IMG/VR virus record: IMGVR_UViG_3300031134_000639
Length of the DNA: 64,000 nt
Source: a virus
Taxonomy: Duplodnaviria > Heunggongvirae > Uroviricota > Caudoviricetes
Strand: one strand, 5' to 3'
In this document: positions 37,857-46,895 of the stretch, piece after piece
How the letters are laid out: every line of letters starts with the position of its first letter
How positions within the stretch are numbered: the first letter of the stretch is position 1
Position numbers and translations under genes: made by a program
Notes under the pieces: model-generated
The model's database searches: none
What the model was told of the DNA's origin: nothing
Seen by the model: the letters and a program-made list of their open reading frames with translations, nothing else

Positions 37857-38731
37857 TGTGCAGACCCAAAGAGAATGGTGGGAGACGCTGTCCTCAACAC
37901 ACTGACCCTGTAAAACACGCCGCATATAACGCACGTCGTAGAGAACTGTACGCTGCTTCCAAAAAAGCGGACTCATCTTCTGCTCTGACTAGTCTTTTCC
38001 CTGAGATGGGTGTTCCCATACAACCACTAAATGAAAACGTACGTCTTGCGTTCATTGCTGATGCTCGTAAGCTGACTAAAGCGCTCCTGCCGGATTTTGA
38101 TGAAAACACCTGGGCGCTTACAGAGAGTGTTATAACCTCAGACCATCCTAAATATGCTAACCCTGCTAGCCATGAAAGCTTGCGTTACTATACAGATATT
38201 GGCTACACTCATCTTAGAGCTAATCTAGAAGGCAGAGGTTATGCTGCTCCTGAAACACTTGAATGGGAACATCGTGTCATAGACTCTATTGACAAAGCTT
38301 TCGAACAGGCATCCCCACCTGATGAGCCTCGCCTACTATATCGTGGTATGAGAATTCCTAGTGAACATGAGCCTGACCAGTTCATTAATGAGAACTTCCC
38401 TGTTGGAGGTGTTGTCAGCCAGAAGTCTTATATGTCAACAAGTCTGCTACCTTCGGTATCTAAGTCATTCGGGGATGGATTTGGGCACGGTGAAGAGCGA
38501 ATTGCTAGGTCAGTAGTTTTCCAGATTGTTAGCAAACAGGGTATAGCTCTGGGAAAAGGAACCTCCGAAATGTCGGACAGGGAAAAGGAAGTTCTGATGC
38601 CTCGTAATGCGAGATTCAAAGTAGTTAGCGTAGATAAAGGCGTTGACTTCAGCTATACTCCGTTTGGTTACCCTAATGAGAAACTGAAGCGCACGTTAAT
38701 TCGTTTGGTTGATGCGTCAGACGAAGAATAG
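37856..38731 (+). CDS. ADP-ribosyltransferase paralog 3, 291 aa
   Basis: MCRPKENGGRRCPQHTDP...; LYRGMRIP; YMSTSL; EKEVLMPRN; TGATG overlap. Confidence 0.75.
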   Translation: MCRPKENGGRRCPQHTDPVKHAAYNARRRELYAASKKADSSSALTSLFPEMGVPIQPLNENVRLAFIADARKLTKALLPDFDENTWALTESVITSDHPKYANPASHESLRYYTDIGYTHLRANLEGRGYAAPETLEWEHRVIDSIDKAFEQASPPDEPRLLYRGMRIPSEHEPDQFINENFPVGGVVSQKSYMSTSLLPSVSKSFGDGFGHGEERIARSVVFQIVSKQGIALGKGTSEMSDREKEVLMPRNARFKVVSVDKGVDFSYTPFGYPNEKLKRTLIRLVDASDEE

Positions 38732-38760
38732 ACTAAGTTCACTCCTATCAGGTTTAAGAC

Positions 38761-38782
38761 AAAACCGATAGATATGAGTAAT
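38761..38782 (+). promoter_or_regulatory. Variant motif AAAACCGATAGATATGAGTAAT (CCGATAG...TAAT with 7-nt insertion)
   Basis: Upstream of ART paralog 4. Confidence 0.35.
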
Positions 38783-38807
38783 ACGTTGTGTGACAAGAAA
38801 GAACTTC

Positions 38808-39698
38808 ATGTGTAGACCTAAAGAGTTGGGCGGCAGACGCTGTCCTCAGCATACCGACCCAGTAAAACACGAAGCTTACAACGCCCGTCGCCGCGAACTA
38901 TACGCAGAATCCAAAAAAGTAAGCTCTTCATCTAACCCACTTGACCTCTTCCCTAAAATGGGTGCTGTCATAGGAGCCTTAGACGAAAGTGTGCGTCTAA
39001 CTTTTTTATCTGATGCCCGTAAGTTGACCAAATCACTGATGCCAGATTTTGATGAAGAGCAGTGGAAGGACACAGAAGACGTTATTAGTCCAAGTAACCC
39101 AAAATATATCAACCCCACAAATCATGACGCTCTAAGATACTACACAGAACTAGGCTTCATCACTCTCAGAAATCATTTAGAGCAAAATGATGAGGCTCCT
39201 ACTGAAAATAAAGACTGGCATGACCGCGTTGTATCAGCAATAGACAGCGCTTTTGAACAAGCGGACCCACCAGAAGAACCTCGCCTGCTTTATCGTGGTA
39301 TGAGAATCAGACAAAACCATGCAGACAAGGATAGCATCAGCAAATACGTTGCTGACAACTTCCCTGTGGGAGGAGTAATCAGTCAGAAAAACTACATGTC
39401 AACAAGTTTAAGCCCTTCAGTTTCAACTTCATTTGGTGATGGTTTTGGTGGCACTCCAGAAGAGCGTGACTCCAGGTCTGTACTCTTTCAGATTGTCAGC
39501 AAGCAGGGTATTGCTTTAGGTAAAGGAACCTCTGACATGGGCGACAGAGAGAAAGAAGTCCTGATGCCGCGCAACGCTCGTTTTAAAGTTGTTAGTGTAG
39601 ATGAAGGAGCAGATTTCAACTACAATATTTACGGTGACACACCTGTTGAGCTTAAGCGTACTATAATTCGTTTGGTTGATGTGTCGGACGAAGACTGA
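38808..39698 (+). CDS. ADP-ribosyltransferase paralog 4, ~296 aa
   Basis: Start chosen at MCRPKELGGRRCPQHTDP to match paralogs (the ORF track begins 6 codons earlier). LYRGMRIR; YMSTSL; EKEVLMPRN; close paralog of gene 3. Confidence 0.75.
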   Translation: MCRPKELGGRRCPQHTDPVKHEAYNARRRELYAESKKVSSSSNPLDLFPKMGAVIGALDESVRLTFLSDARKLTKSLMPDFDEEQWKDTEDVISPSNPKYINPTNHDALRYYTELGFITLRNHLEQNDEAPTENKDWHDRVVSAIDSAFEQADPPEEPRLLYRGMRIRQNHADKDSISKYVADNFPVGGVISQKNYMSTSLSPSVSTSFGDGFGGTPEERDSRSVLFQIVSKQGIALGKGTSDMGDREKEVLMPRNARFKVVSVDEGADFNYNIYGDTPVELKRTIIRLVDVSDED

Positions 39699-39735
39699 TA
39701 ATAGGTCCAGATAAACCGGTGTCCCCTTAAGATAG

Positions 39736-39750
39736 AAAACCGATAGTAAT
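39736..39750 (+). promoter_or_regulatory. AAAACCGATAGTAAT motif, 34 nt upstream of ART paralog 5
   Basis: Recurring motif. Confidence 0.5.
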
Positions 39751-39779
39751 AATTGGAGTAAACATCTTTTGGAGATAGC

Positions 39780-40634
39780 ATGTGCCGTAGCAAGGAGTTG
39801 GGTGGGCGTCGTTGCCCTCAATACACCGACCCTGCAAAGCGTGCCGCATATAATGCTCGTCGTAGAGAACTATACGCTAACCGGAAAAAAGGTCAGCAAG
39901 TAGACTATATCCCTCTAGACCAGCCTAGACACAAGTTCCATGAAAGCGACTCACCTGAGTGGCAGCGTTATAAGAAGGAAGCTAAAGCCTTCAAAGAAAA
40001 ACTTTCTGCTTTAGAGGGCTGGAAGACCTATAAGAAGAGGTTGCACGATTACACAGACTTTGAGTACATCAACATACGTATCTTCCTAAATGGCTATGAC
40101 GCCACCGACATTAAAGCTAGCCCTATGTCATATGACCAAAAAGAGCAGAAAACGATTGCTAAGAGCATCAAGGTTTTAGATGAGGTTCTAACTCTTGCTG
40201 ATAAACCAGATGAGCCTAGACTTCTCTACCGTGCGATGATGGTTCCTTTTAGCATCAAAGACAAGCAGATGGAAGGTTGGATGAGAGAGAACTTCCCAGT
40301 CGGTGGTGTTGTAAGTCAACTGTCTTATATGTCCACCTCTCATGACCCACACAGGCTAATCAATAACTTCGGTGGAGTACGTAACCAGCATAGAGCTATC
40401 ATGTTTGAGATAATTAGCAAACAAGGAGCCGTATTAGGCAACGGAACATCCGAGTATGGTTCTTTAGAATCAGAAGTGCTTATGCCTAGGGAGGCTAAGT
40501 TCAAAATAGTTTCAGTTGATGAAAACGTAGACTATCAAGTATTTGCTCAAGACGAGAACAACGGTGAAGGATCCATGAGTAGTGTCAAAAGAACAGTCAT
40601 CCGCCTAATGGACGTAGACGGGGAGGATAGCTAA
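39780..40634 (+). CDS. ADP-ribosyltransferase paralog 5, 284 aa
   Basis: MCRSKELGGRRCPQYTDP; LYRAMMVP; YMSTSH; ESEVLMPRE. Confidence 0.7.
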   Translation: MCRSKELGGRRCPQYTDPAKRAAYNARRRELYANRKKGQQVDYIPLDQPRHKFHESDSPEWQRYKKEAKAFKEKLSALEGWKTYKKRLHDYTDFEYINIRIFLNGYDATDIKASPMSYDQKEQKTIAKSIKVLDEVLTLADKPDEPRLLYRAMMVPFSIKDKQMEGWMRENFPVGGVVSQLSYMSTSHDPHRLINNFGGVRNQHRAIMFEIISKQGAVLGNGTSEYGSLESEVLMPREAKFKIVSVDENVDYQVFAQDENNGEGSMSSVKRTVIRLMDVDGEDS

Positions 40635-41584
40635 TGTGTCGTACTAAAGAATTGGGTGGGCGTCGTTGCCCTCAGCACACTGACCCTGTGAAACATGCTG
40701 CGTACAATGCACGTCGTAGAGAGCTATATGCAGCTCAAAAAAGCATTATCAAAAATGATGACCAAGCTTCTTTAGAGTCTCGTTTCCTTGGGCCTGACCA
40801 GAGAAGAAAACCGGCTGGTGAGCAAGAACATCTTAGCTTTGTAAAAGATACAGAAACGTACCGCGATAGTTTGGCAGAGTACGAGAAGACCACCTACTCC
40901 AACGACTATGCTGAGTGGAGAGCCAGCCCAAAGAAAACTGACCAGTGGGGTGGCTCACCTCGTGCTGCCCTCAGACACTATACGGAGATGGGCTACAGTG
41001 ATGTACGCAACTACCTGAACGGTTTCAGCATGGAAGTGTACCGTGACGAAGACGAAGCGCAGAAAGCTGGTGTGGAAGTGAAACCGCAGGACAACGCTGA
41101 CATGGCAGGCTTTGTTCGCATGATGGACAAAGTAATTTCTCTTGCCCCCAAACCTGCGGAACCACGCATGCTGTACCGTGGAATTGACCCACCTTCTACC
41201 GCTATGGGTAAAGAGGCTGAATGGCTTAAAGAGAAGTTCCCCATTGGAGGAATAGTAAGCCAGAAATCCTACATGTCTACAAGCTTAGAACCCTCTATAG
41301 CTGCTGGAAGCTTTAGCCTCACAGAGAACTCTGTTGTTATGGAAATTCTTTCTAAAGAAGGTGCAGCCCTTGGTGTAGGCCAGTCAACATGGGGTCTTCA
41401 GGAAAGTGAGGTCGTCTTACCACGCGATGCCAAACTTAAAGTTGTCGCAGTGTACCAGGACGTAAAATACGGTTACACTAAAGTCACAAGAGAAATGGAC
41501 GGCGAAGTTCTAGCAGAAAAAGATGCTGAAGACAAAAGAACAATCATCCAGGTAATCCATGTTACAGATGAGGATGAAAGCTAA
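40634..41584 (+). CDS. ADP-ribosyltransferase paralog 6, 316 aa
   Basis: MCRTKELGGRRCPQHTDP; LYRGIDPP; YMSTSL; ESEVVLPRD; TAATG overlap. Confidence 0.75.
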   Translation: MCRTKELGGRRCPQHTDPVKHAAYNARRRELYAAQKSIIKNDDQASLESRFLGPDQRRKPAGEQEHLSFVKDTETYRDSLAEYEKTTYSNDYAEWRASPKKTDQWGGSPRAALRHYTEMGYSDVRNYLNGFSMEVYRDEDEAQKAGVEVKPQDNADMAGFVRMMDKVISLAPKPAEPRMLYRGIDPPSTAMGKEAEWLKEKFPIGGIVSQKSYMSTSLEPSIAAGSFSLTENSVVMEILSKEGAALGVGQSTWGLQESEVVLPRDAKLKVVAVYQDVKYGYTKVTREMDGEVLAEKDAEDKRTIIQVIHVTDEDES

Positions 41585-42450
41585 TGTGCCGCCCTAAAGA
41601 ATTGGGCGGGCGTCGTTGCCCTCGACACACTGACCCTGTAAAGCATGCTGCATATAACGCCCGCCGCAGAGAGCTATATGCAGCATCCAAAAATACAAGT
41701 TCTCTGCCTAGCCCGGTTGAGCTTTCTTCTGCCACACAGTATGAACATTTGTTTGTACTTGAGGATAAAAACACGGTTGAAACAATTGAAAAAACGTTCA
41801 AAGGAAGACTTGGATACATAGCGGAAGGTAACGCTCTATATGATGCTCTACAGGAGCAGGATGACTCTGAGAAACTAAGAAAATCTTTGCTTTACTACAC
41901 ATCTCACGGTTATACAGACTTGCGTAAATACTTGAATGCTTCCTCTGAAGACAAAGAAGACTTTGACGATGAAGCTATGGACGACTTAGTTAATGATTTA
42001 GACAAATCAATCAGCTTAGCTGAGACCAAAAGAGAATATAGAGCAGTCTATCGTGGAATCAGAGTCGACGAAACAGTAACTGGCGAGAAAAGCTTTGACG
42101 TGTGGCTGCATGAGGCATTCCCTATTGACGGTGTAGTATCGCAGAAAAGCTATATGTCAACAAGTTTGTCTCCTGCTAAAGCAATAAACATATTCGGCTT
42201 TGGTTCTGTCACAGAGTCACTACTTTTTGAGATAGTCACAAAAAGAGGGGCCGCTTTAAATGAGAAGACCTCTGTTATGGGTACAAAAGAGTATGAGATT
42301 TTGCTACCAAGGGAAGCTAAATTTAGGGTCGTGAATGTTCAAAAAGATATTACTCTAAAACTGCATTCTTCTCCTGGCGATAACGCTTTAGTTCACCCAA
42401 TTCAAAAGACTGTTGTCCAGCTAATTGATGTAACTGATGAGGAAAGCTGA
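41584..42450 (+). CDS. ADP-ribosyltransferase paralog 7, 288 aa
   Basis: MCRPKELGGRRCPRHTDP; VYRGIRVD; YMSTSL; EYEILLPRE. Confidence 0.75.
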   Translation: MCRPKELGGRRCPRHTDPVKHAAYNARRRELYAASKNTSSLPSPVELSSATQYEHLFVLEDKNTVETIEKTFKGRLGYIAEGNALYDALQEQDDSEKLRKSLLYYTSHGYTDLRKYLNASSEDKEDFDDEAMDDLVNDLDKSISLAETKREYRAVYRGIRVDETVTGEKSFDVWLHEAFPIDGVVSQKSYMSTSLSPAKAINIFGFGSVTESLLFEIVTKRGAALNEKTSVMGTKEYEILLPREAKFRVVNVQKDITLKLHSSPGDNALVHPIQKTVVQLIDVTDEES

Positions 42451-43283
42451 TGTGTCGCACTAAAGAACTTGGTGGGCGTCGTTGCCCGTCACACAGCAAC
42501 CCTCAGCTTGTCGCTGCTCGTAATGCCCAGAGACGACAGAAGTATGCAGCCAGTAAGAAATCAGCTGTTGCGCCTGCCCAACAGTATTCGTTTCAAGTGG
42601 ACGAAGACGAACTAGTTACTTCTGTAGACATGTCAGGAGATGTGTGGGACTCATACATCTCTGATGGCGAAAAGTTTCTTACCAAAATCCAGGAGAGTGA
42701 ACAAAAAGTTGAGATGATAGATGCTCTGCTTGAATACACTCACAAAGGCTACCGCCCTCTTAGGGATCATCTAAATAGGTCTGAAGAAGAGCAGGCAGGT
42801 AACGAGTACATGGTTGGGTTAACAAAAAACTTGGATGACGCTTTACATTTAGCTGAGCCACCAAGTGAGCCAAGGACGTTGTTCAGGGGGATGGAAATAC
42901 CAACAGATGAGGTGACTGATGATGAAATAGATGGCTGGTTGGACTCGCATTTTCCTGTAGACGGAGTCTTCTCCCAGAAGAGCTTCATGTCAACAACCTT
43001 GTCAATGTACAAAGCCGCTTACGTTTTTGGTAACGCTCGGGGTCCTAAAAGATCAGTCATCTTTGAGATCATTAGTAAGCAAGGTGCACCACTTGGAACA
43101 GGAACATCCGATTTAGATACAAAAGAGTTAGAGATTCTGATGCCACGTGAAGCCCGCTTCAAAGTGGTTGGCATAAAGAAGAACATTACTTTTGACCTTG
43201 CTGCTTCCTCTCACCCTGATGCATTTCCTGATGAAATAACTAGAACTATCATCCAAATTGTCGACGCTGAAGAAAAGAGCTAA
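42450..43283 (+). CDS. ADP-ribosyltransferase paralog 8, 277 aa
   Basis: MCRTKELGGRRCPSHSNP; LFRGMEIP; FMSTTL; ELEILMPRE. Confidence 0.7.
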   Translation: MCRTKELGGRRCPSHSNPQLVAARNAQRRQKYAASKKSAVAPAQQYSFQVDEDELVTSVDMSGDVWDSYISDGEKFLTKIQESEQKVEMIDALLEYTHKGYRPLRDHLNRSEEEQAGNEYMVGLTKNLDDALHLAEPPSEPRTLFRGMEIPTDEVTDDEIDGWLDSHFPVDGVFSQKSFMSTTLSMYKAAYVFGNARGPKRSVIFEIISKQGAPLGTGTSDLDTKELEILMPREARFKVVGIKKNITFDLAASSHPDAFPDEITRTIIQIVDAEEKS

Positions 43284-43285
43284 CC

Positions 43286-44203
43286 ATGTGTAGAACCGGT
43301 GGAAGACGATGCCCATCCCACAGCGACCCCACAATGGTTGCAGCACGTAATGCCCGCAGGCGAGAGCAGTACTCAAACAGAAATCAAGGGTACAGCACCA
43401 TGGTCGATGAAGAGAACCCTGTAGCTGGTATGTTGAACCATGCCAGTATGGGTTTGTACGGCAAAAAGTCAGCTGGTTTTACACCTTTAGATGAAGGATA
43501 CGAACCCTTTGATGAGTACAGTGAAGACTGGGAAGAATACAAGGAAGACGCTAAACTGTTCCTTAGGACACTACGAGGAGAGTACGGCAAAAAGTTTTAT
43601 GACCTGCAAACGTCTTTGTACAGTTACACTGCCGGTGACTACAACGACGTGCGTGACTACTTAAATGGCTACAGAATAAGAGCCACCTCTAAAGAAGAGA
43701 TGGAAAAACCTTTTGAGAAGAGAACCATAAAGATGGTTAAACGTATCATCTCTGACTTAGACGGTGCTCTCAAGCTAACTACCCCACCAGCATCACCTCG
43801 CAAAGTCTATCGTGGAATGCAGGTGCCTGTACGAGTTCCAGCTGAAGACGCTGCCACCTGGGTTGCAGAGAATTTCACTCCAGGGAAAGTTGTCTCCCAG
43901 AAGTCCTACATGTCAACAACTTTGAACCCTGCTAAAGCAAACTTCTTCTCAGGAACAAAAAATGGAGTCATTTTTGAAATCCTAACTAAAGAAGGCGCTG
44001 TTTTAGGTCAGGGAACATCACAGTACAACGAGATGGAAACAGAAGTCCTGATGCCTCGTGAAGCTAAATTCAAAGTAGTCAGTGTAACAGTTGATGCAGA
44101 AGTCAAACTGAAGCCATCTAAAGGCTATAACAGTCTAAATGGAGTGCAAACAACTAAGAAAACAATCATCCGTATGGTGGATGCAGGAGAGGAAAACAAC
44201 TGA
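43286..44203 (+). CDS. ADP-ribosyltransferase paralog 9 (short-leader subtype MCRTGGRRCPSH), 305 aa
   Basis: VYRGMQVP; YMSTTL; ETEVLMPRE. Confidence 0.75.
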   Translation: MCRTGGRRCPSHSDPTMVAARNARRREQYSNRNQGYSTMVDEENPVAGMLNHASMGLYGKKSAGFTPLDEGYEPFDEYSEDWEEYKEDAKLFLRTLRGEYGKKFYDLQTSLYSYTAGDYNDVRDYLNGYRIRATSKEEMEKPFEKRTIKMVKRIISDLDGALKLTTPPASPRKVYRGMQVPVRVPAEDAATWVAENFTPGKVVSQKSYMSTTLNPAKANFFSGTKNGVIFEILTKEGAVLGQGTSQYNEMETEVLMPREAKFKVVSVTVDAEVKLKPSKGYNSLNGVQTTKKTIIRMVDAGEENN

Positions 44204-45135
44204 TGTGTAGAACAGGTGGAAGACGGTGCCCGTCACACAGCAACCCGGAGGCTGTAAGTGCCCGTAACGCCCGTCGTAGGGCTGCCTACGGCTCCAAGAA
44301 AGCTTCAAGCTCCACGGAGACGCCAACTGGCTCTGAGGGCGTTAGAATCGCTTCTGAGCTTCTGAAGAAGAACGCTTGGATGTTTGATGACTACTCACAG
44401 GTAAAGTATCGCTTCGATGACAGCCACGATAACTGGAGTCAATACCTTGAAGATGCAGATGAGTTCTATGAGATCTTGAAATCTAAGGCACCTGAAGGCG
44501 AATCCTCACCACACATTAGAGTGCTCAAAAACTACTACACTGGTGAAGGCTACCGTGGTATTCGTGATTACTTAAACGATTATGACGTTGCGAACGGCAA
44601 GCCGCGAGAGTTTGACCCTAAGTATGAGGAAGAAGACCGAGCAGCTGAGAAAGAAGAGATGGATGAGATTATACCGCTTCTAGATGAAGCAATTAGTCTA
44701 GCTCCAAAAAGTGAGTTCCGTCGTCAACTGTACCGTGGCATGAATTTGCCTTCAAACATAAAAAGTGAAGATGTTAGCAGTTGGATTCATGAGAACTTCC
44801 CTGTTGGTGGTGTTGTAAGTCAGAAATCGTACATGTCAACATCATTGAGTGCTGACAGGGCTGTGCTTAACTTCACTAACCGCTGGCCGCGTATGCATGA
44901 CCGGACAGTTGTCTTTGAGATCATCTCCAACGAAGGTGCAGTCTTGGGAGATGAAACTGCTTTACATGGTTCAAAGGAAGCAGAGGTGCTTATGCCTCGC
45001 AACAAGAAGTTCAGGGTCCTGTCAATTGATGAGAACGTGACATACACAACATCTGGCTTTTCTGAAGGTTTCTCCGATGCTCCAGAGGACACAAGCCCAA
45101 CACAAAAAACTGTTATCCGAATGATTGATGCTTAA
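44203..45135 (+). CDS. ADP-ribosyltransferase paralog 10 (short-leader subtype), 310 aa
   Basis: MCRTGGRRCPSHSNP; LYRGMNLP; YMSTSL; EAEVLMPRN; TGATG overlap. Confidence 0.75.
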   Translation: MCRTGGRRCPSHSNPEAVSARNARRRAAYGSKKASSSTETPTGSEGVRIASELLKKNAWMFDDYSQVKYRFDDSHDNWSQYLEDADEFYEILKSKAPEGESSPHIRVLKNYYTGEGYRGIRDYLNDYDVANGKPREFDPKYEEEDRAAEKEEMDEIIPLLDEAISLAPKSEFRRQLYRGMNLPSNIKSEDVSSWIHENFPVGGVVSQKSYMSTSLSADRAVLNFTNRWPRMHDRTVVFEIISNEGAVLGDETALHGSKEAEVLMPRNKKFRVLSIDENVTYTTSGFSEGFSDAPEDTSPTQKTVIRMIDA

Positions 45136-45151
45136 TTTGGATGGGCAGTAG

Positions 45152-45164
45152 CCCCGATAGTAAT
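45152..45164 (+). promoter_or_regulatory. CCCCGATAGTAAT motif, 31 nt upstream of ART paralog 11
   Basis: Recurring motif. Confidence 0.5.
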
Positions 45165-45190
45165 AACTGGAATTAGACTTTGGAGTTAAC

Positions 45191-46054
45191 ATGTGCCGTA
45201 CTGCTGGAAGACGCTGCCCGTCTTATACCGACCCTAAGCTTATAGCAGAACGCAATGCTCGTCGCAGGGCCGCATACAAAGTATCGCACAAAACCAAAGC
45301 TGAACCTAAAAGGCTTGACCCGACAACGTTGTTTAAACCTTTTGACGTTTACCGTGAAGAAATAATTCCGGAAACACCCGAATACAGAGAGTACATTCAA
45401 GCCGGAAAGGACTTCTCAAACAGCATCACTCCGCAGGAGTCAGACGCTGTATACGGCTATACTGACATGGACTACAGCATAATCCGAGACTACCTTAATG
45501 GGTACGAAATGGAGTCATCAACAGTCGTGCCTTTAACTCTTCAGGAATCACGTCAACAGGAAGTTGACAACACTATCGAAACAATAGACTCAGCCTTGAA
45601 GAAAGCCGATCCACCAGCGTCTCCTAGGACTCTTTACAGAGGCATGATGATACCCATGAAAGTAAAACCAGCAGACATGAAAGCATGGGTTGAAGATAAT
45701 TTCCCTATTGGCGGTGTGATAAGCCAAAAAAGTTATATGTCAACAAGTTTAAGCACGCAGAAAGCACTTGGCTTCGCTGGTTCATATGATGCTTCCCCTA
45801 GAAGTGTTCTACTAGAAATTGTTTCTTCTTCCGGCGCTGTACTCAACAGCCAGACTTCTTCATACGGCGAGATGGAGAGAGAGGTCTTGCTTCCCAGAGG
45901 TAAACGATTCCAGGTTGTGTCAGTAACCACTGATGCAGAGATTAACTATAAGATGTATGCGCACAAAAAGCACTACGAACGAACAACAACTGGAATAAAA
46001 ATTATTCAGCTGATTGATTTGGATGAACTAGAGGGAGATTCTGCTGAAGCATAA
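45191..46054 (+). CDS. ADP-ribosyltransferase paralog 11 (short-leader subtype), 287 aa
   Basis: MCRTAGRRCPSYTDP; LYRGMMIP; YMSTSL; EREVLLPRG. Confidence 0.75.
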   Translation: MCRTAGRRCPSYTDPKLIAERNARRRAAYKVSHKTKAEPKRLDPTTLFKPFDVYREEIIPETPEYREYIQAGKDFSNSITPQESDAVYGYTDMDYSIIRDYLNGYEMESSTVVPLTLQESRQQEVDNTIETIDSALKKADPPASPRTLYRGMMIPMKVKPADMKAWVEDNFPIGGVISQKSYMSTSLSTQKALGFAGSYDASPRSVLLEIVSSSGAVLNSQTSSYGEMEREVLLPRGKRFQVVSVTTDAEINYKMYAHKKHYERTTTGIKIIQLIDLDELEGDSAEA

Positions 46055-46083
46055 GTTCCGTAGAAAATAGTCTTGCAGATGCA

Positions 46084-46137
46084 GAATAAGTTATAGGCCC
46101 CAACTAAAAAATTCTAGTTGGGGCCTATAACTTATTC
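46084..46137. terminator. Perfect 23-bp stem hairpin (gaataagttataggccccaacta / tagttggggcctataacttattc)
   Basis: Longest palindrome in the window; separates the ART operon from the convergent minus-strand small gene. Confidence 0.75.
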
Positions 46138-46344
46138 TTTCAAGCTTTTAAGATACTTGTCTCCAAGCACCCAAGGACAGTTTGTGCTGTGGCAGTCGTA
46201 ACTTTCGTCACAGTAGCCATACCGGCCTTCTTTGCCGCTTCCGCCGCAAAAAACGCAACCGCCCATTTCATCCTGGTTGATTACTTCACCGACTAAGCCG
46301 TTAAGCAGGTCAATGAGTTCCTTCTTTTCTTTCTTGTTTAACAT
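46132..46344 (-). CDS. Small Cys-rich protein (putative zinc-binding), 70 aa
   Basis: GGCVFCGGSGKEGRYGYCDESYDCHSTNCPW, 7 Cys plus His in 30 residues. Confidence 0.4.
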   Translation of the reverse strand: MLNKKEKKELIDLLNGLVGEVINQDEMGGCVFCGGSGKEGRYGYCDESYDCHSTNCPWVLGDKYLKSLKE

Positions 46345-46457
46345 ATGTTCTCCTTTTTCTCTATTAATTCGTACAAGAGTTTATCTAGAGTGAGTCTCAT
46401 ATGTTGTGTTGCTTGACATCAGTTTAGCACACATAGAACATTGTTGCAACCACAAAT

Positions 46458-46498
46458 AAATGAGGCCCCAACATTCTCTGTCAGGGCCTCATTTATTC
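46458..46498. terminator. Hairpin aaataaatgaggccc-...-gggcctcatttatt
   Basis: Inverted repeat. Confidence 0.55.
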
Positions 46499-46505
46499 GC
46501 TTAGT

Positions 46506-46787
46506 CTATGTGACTGAGCTTTCGTCTTCTTCATCAATTGTTTTCAAACCTGGTTCTGGATCTACTTTGTCTTCATGTGGGGCAGGTTGTTCTAAGGTGA
46601 ACTCATCACCGTCACTAACAAAGTAGTCGCTTCGGTCGTTTTCCTTTTCGGTGGCTGCACCAAGGTCAACTTCGTTTGCGCTGTCTGCTGTTGTGTCTGT
46701 TTCTAGTACTGTGTTTGTCATAATATTTTCCTCCAAAAATGTTGACGTACTCTCCTTATATCTGCAAAACACCCAACTGTGGTACAA
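46506..46787 (-). CDS. Small highly acidic hypothetical protein 93 aa
   Basis: ORF; D/E-rich. Confidence 0.35.
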   Translation of the reverse strand: MYHSWVFCRYKESTSTFLEENIMTNTVLETDTTADSANEVDLGAATEKENDRSDYFVSDGDEFTLEQPAPHEDKVDPEPGLKTIDEEDESSVT

Positions 46788-46895
46788 AAGTTTACTGATA
46801 TAGCTGGGAAACAGTCCCCTCAGACTGGCGCTATAAGCCTAGAAAAACCTGGTCAAACCGATATACATGGTACAATAAACAGACACAAATAACCT

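Noticed and set aside
36396-45092. Antisense ORFs inside the ART genes (e.g. 36396..36584, 37894..38109, 38876..39118, 41011..41244, 42767..43012, 44820..45092)
   Set aside because: Short ORFs embedded opposite well-supported conserved genes, with no RBS and no conservation. They are shadow ORFs.
36004-46054. Regularly spaced ~60-nt conserved DNA repeats (~0.85-0.95 kb period) that could be mistaken for a CRISPR-like or tandem repeat array
   Set aside because: The repeats are the 5' coding ends (the conserved leader) of paralogous protein-coding genes. The 'spacers' are long ORFs with conserved protein motifs, so this is not a CRISPR or satellite repeat.
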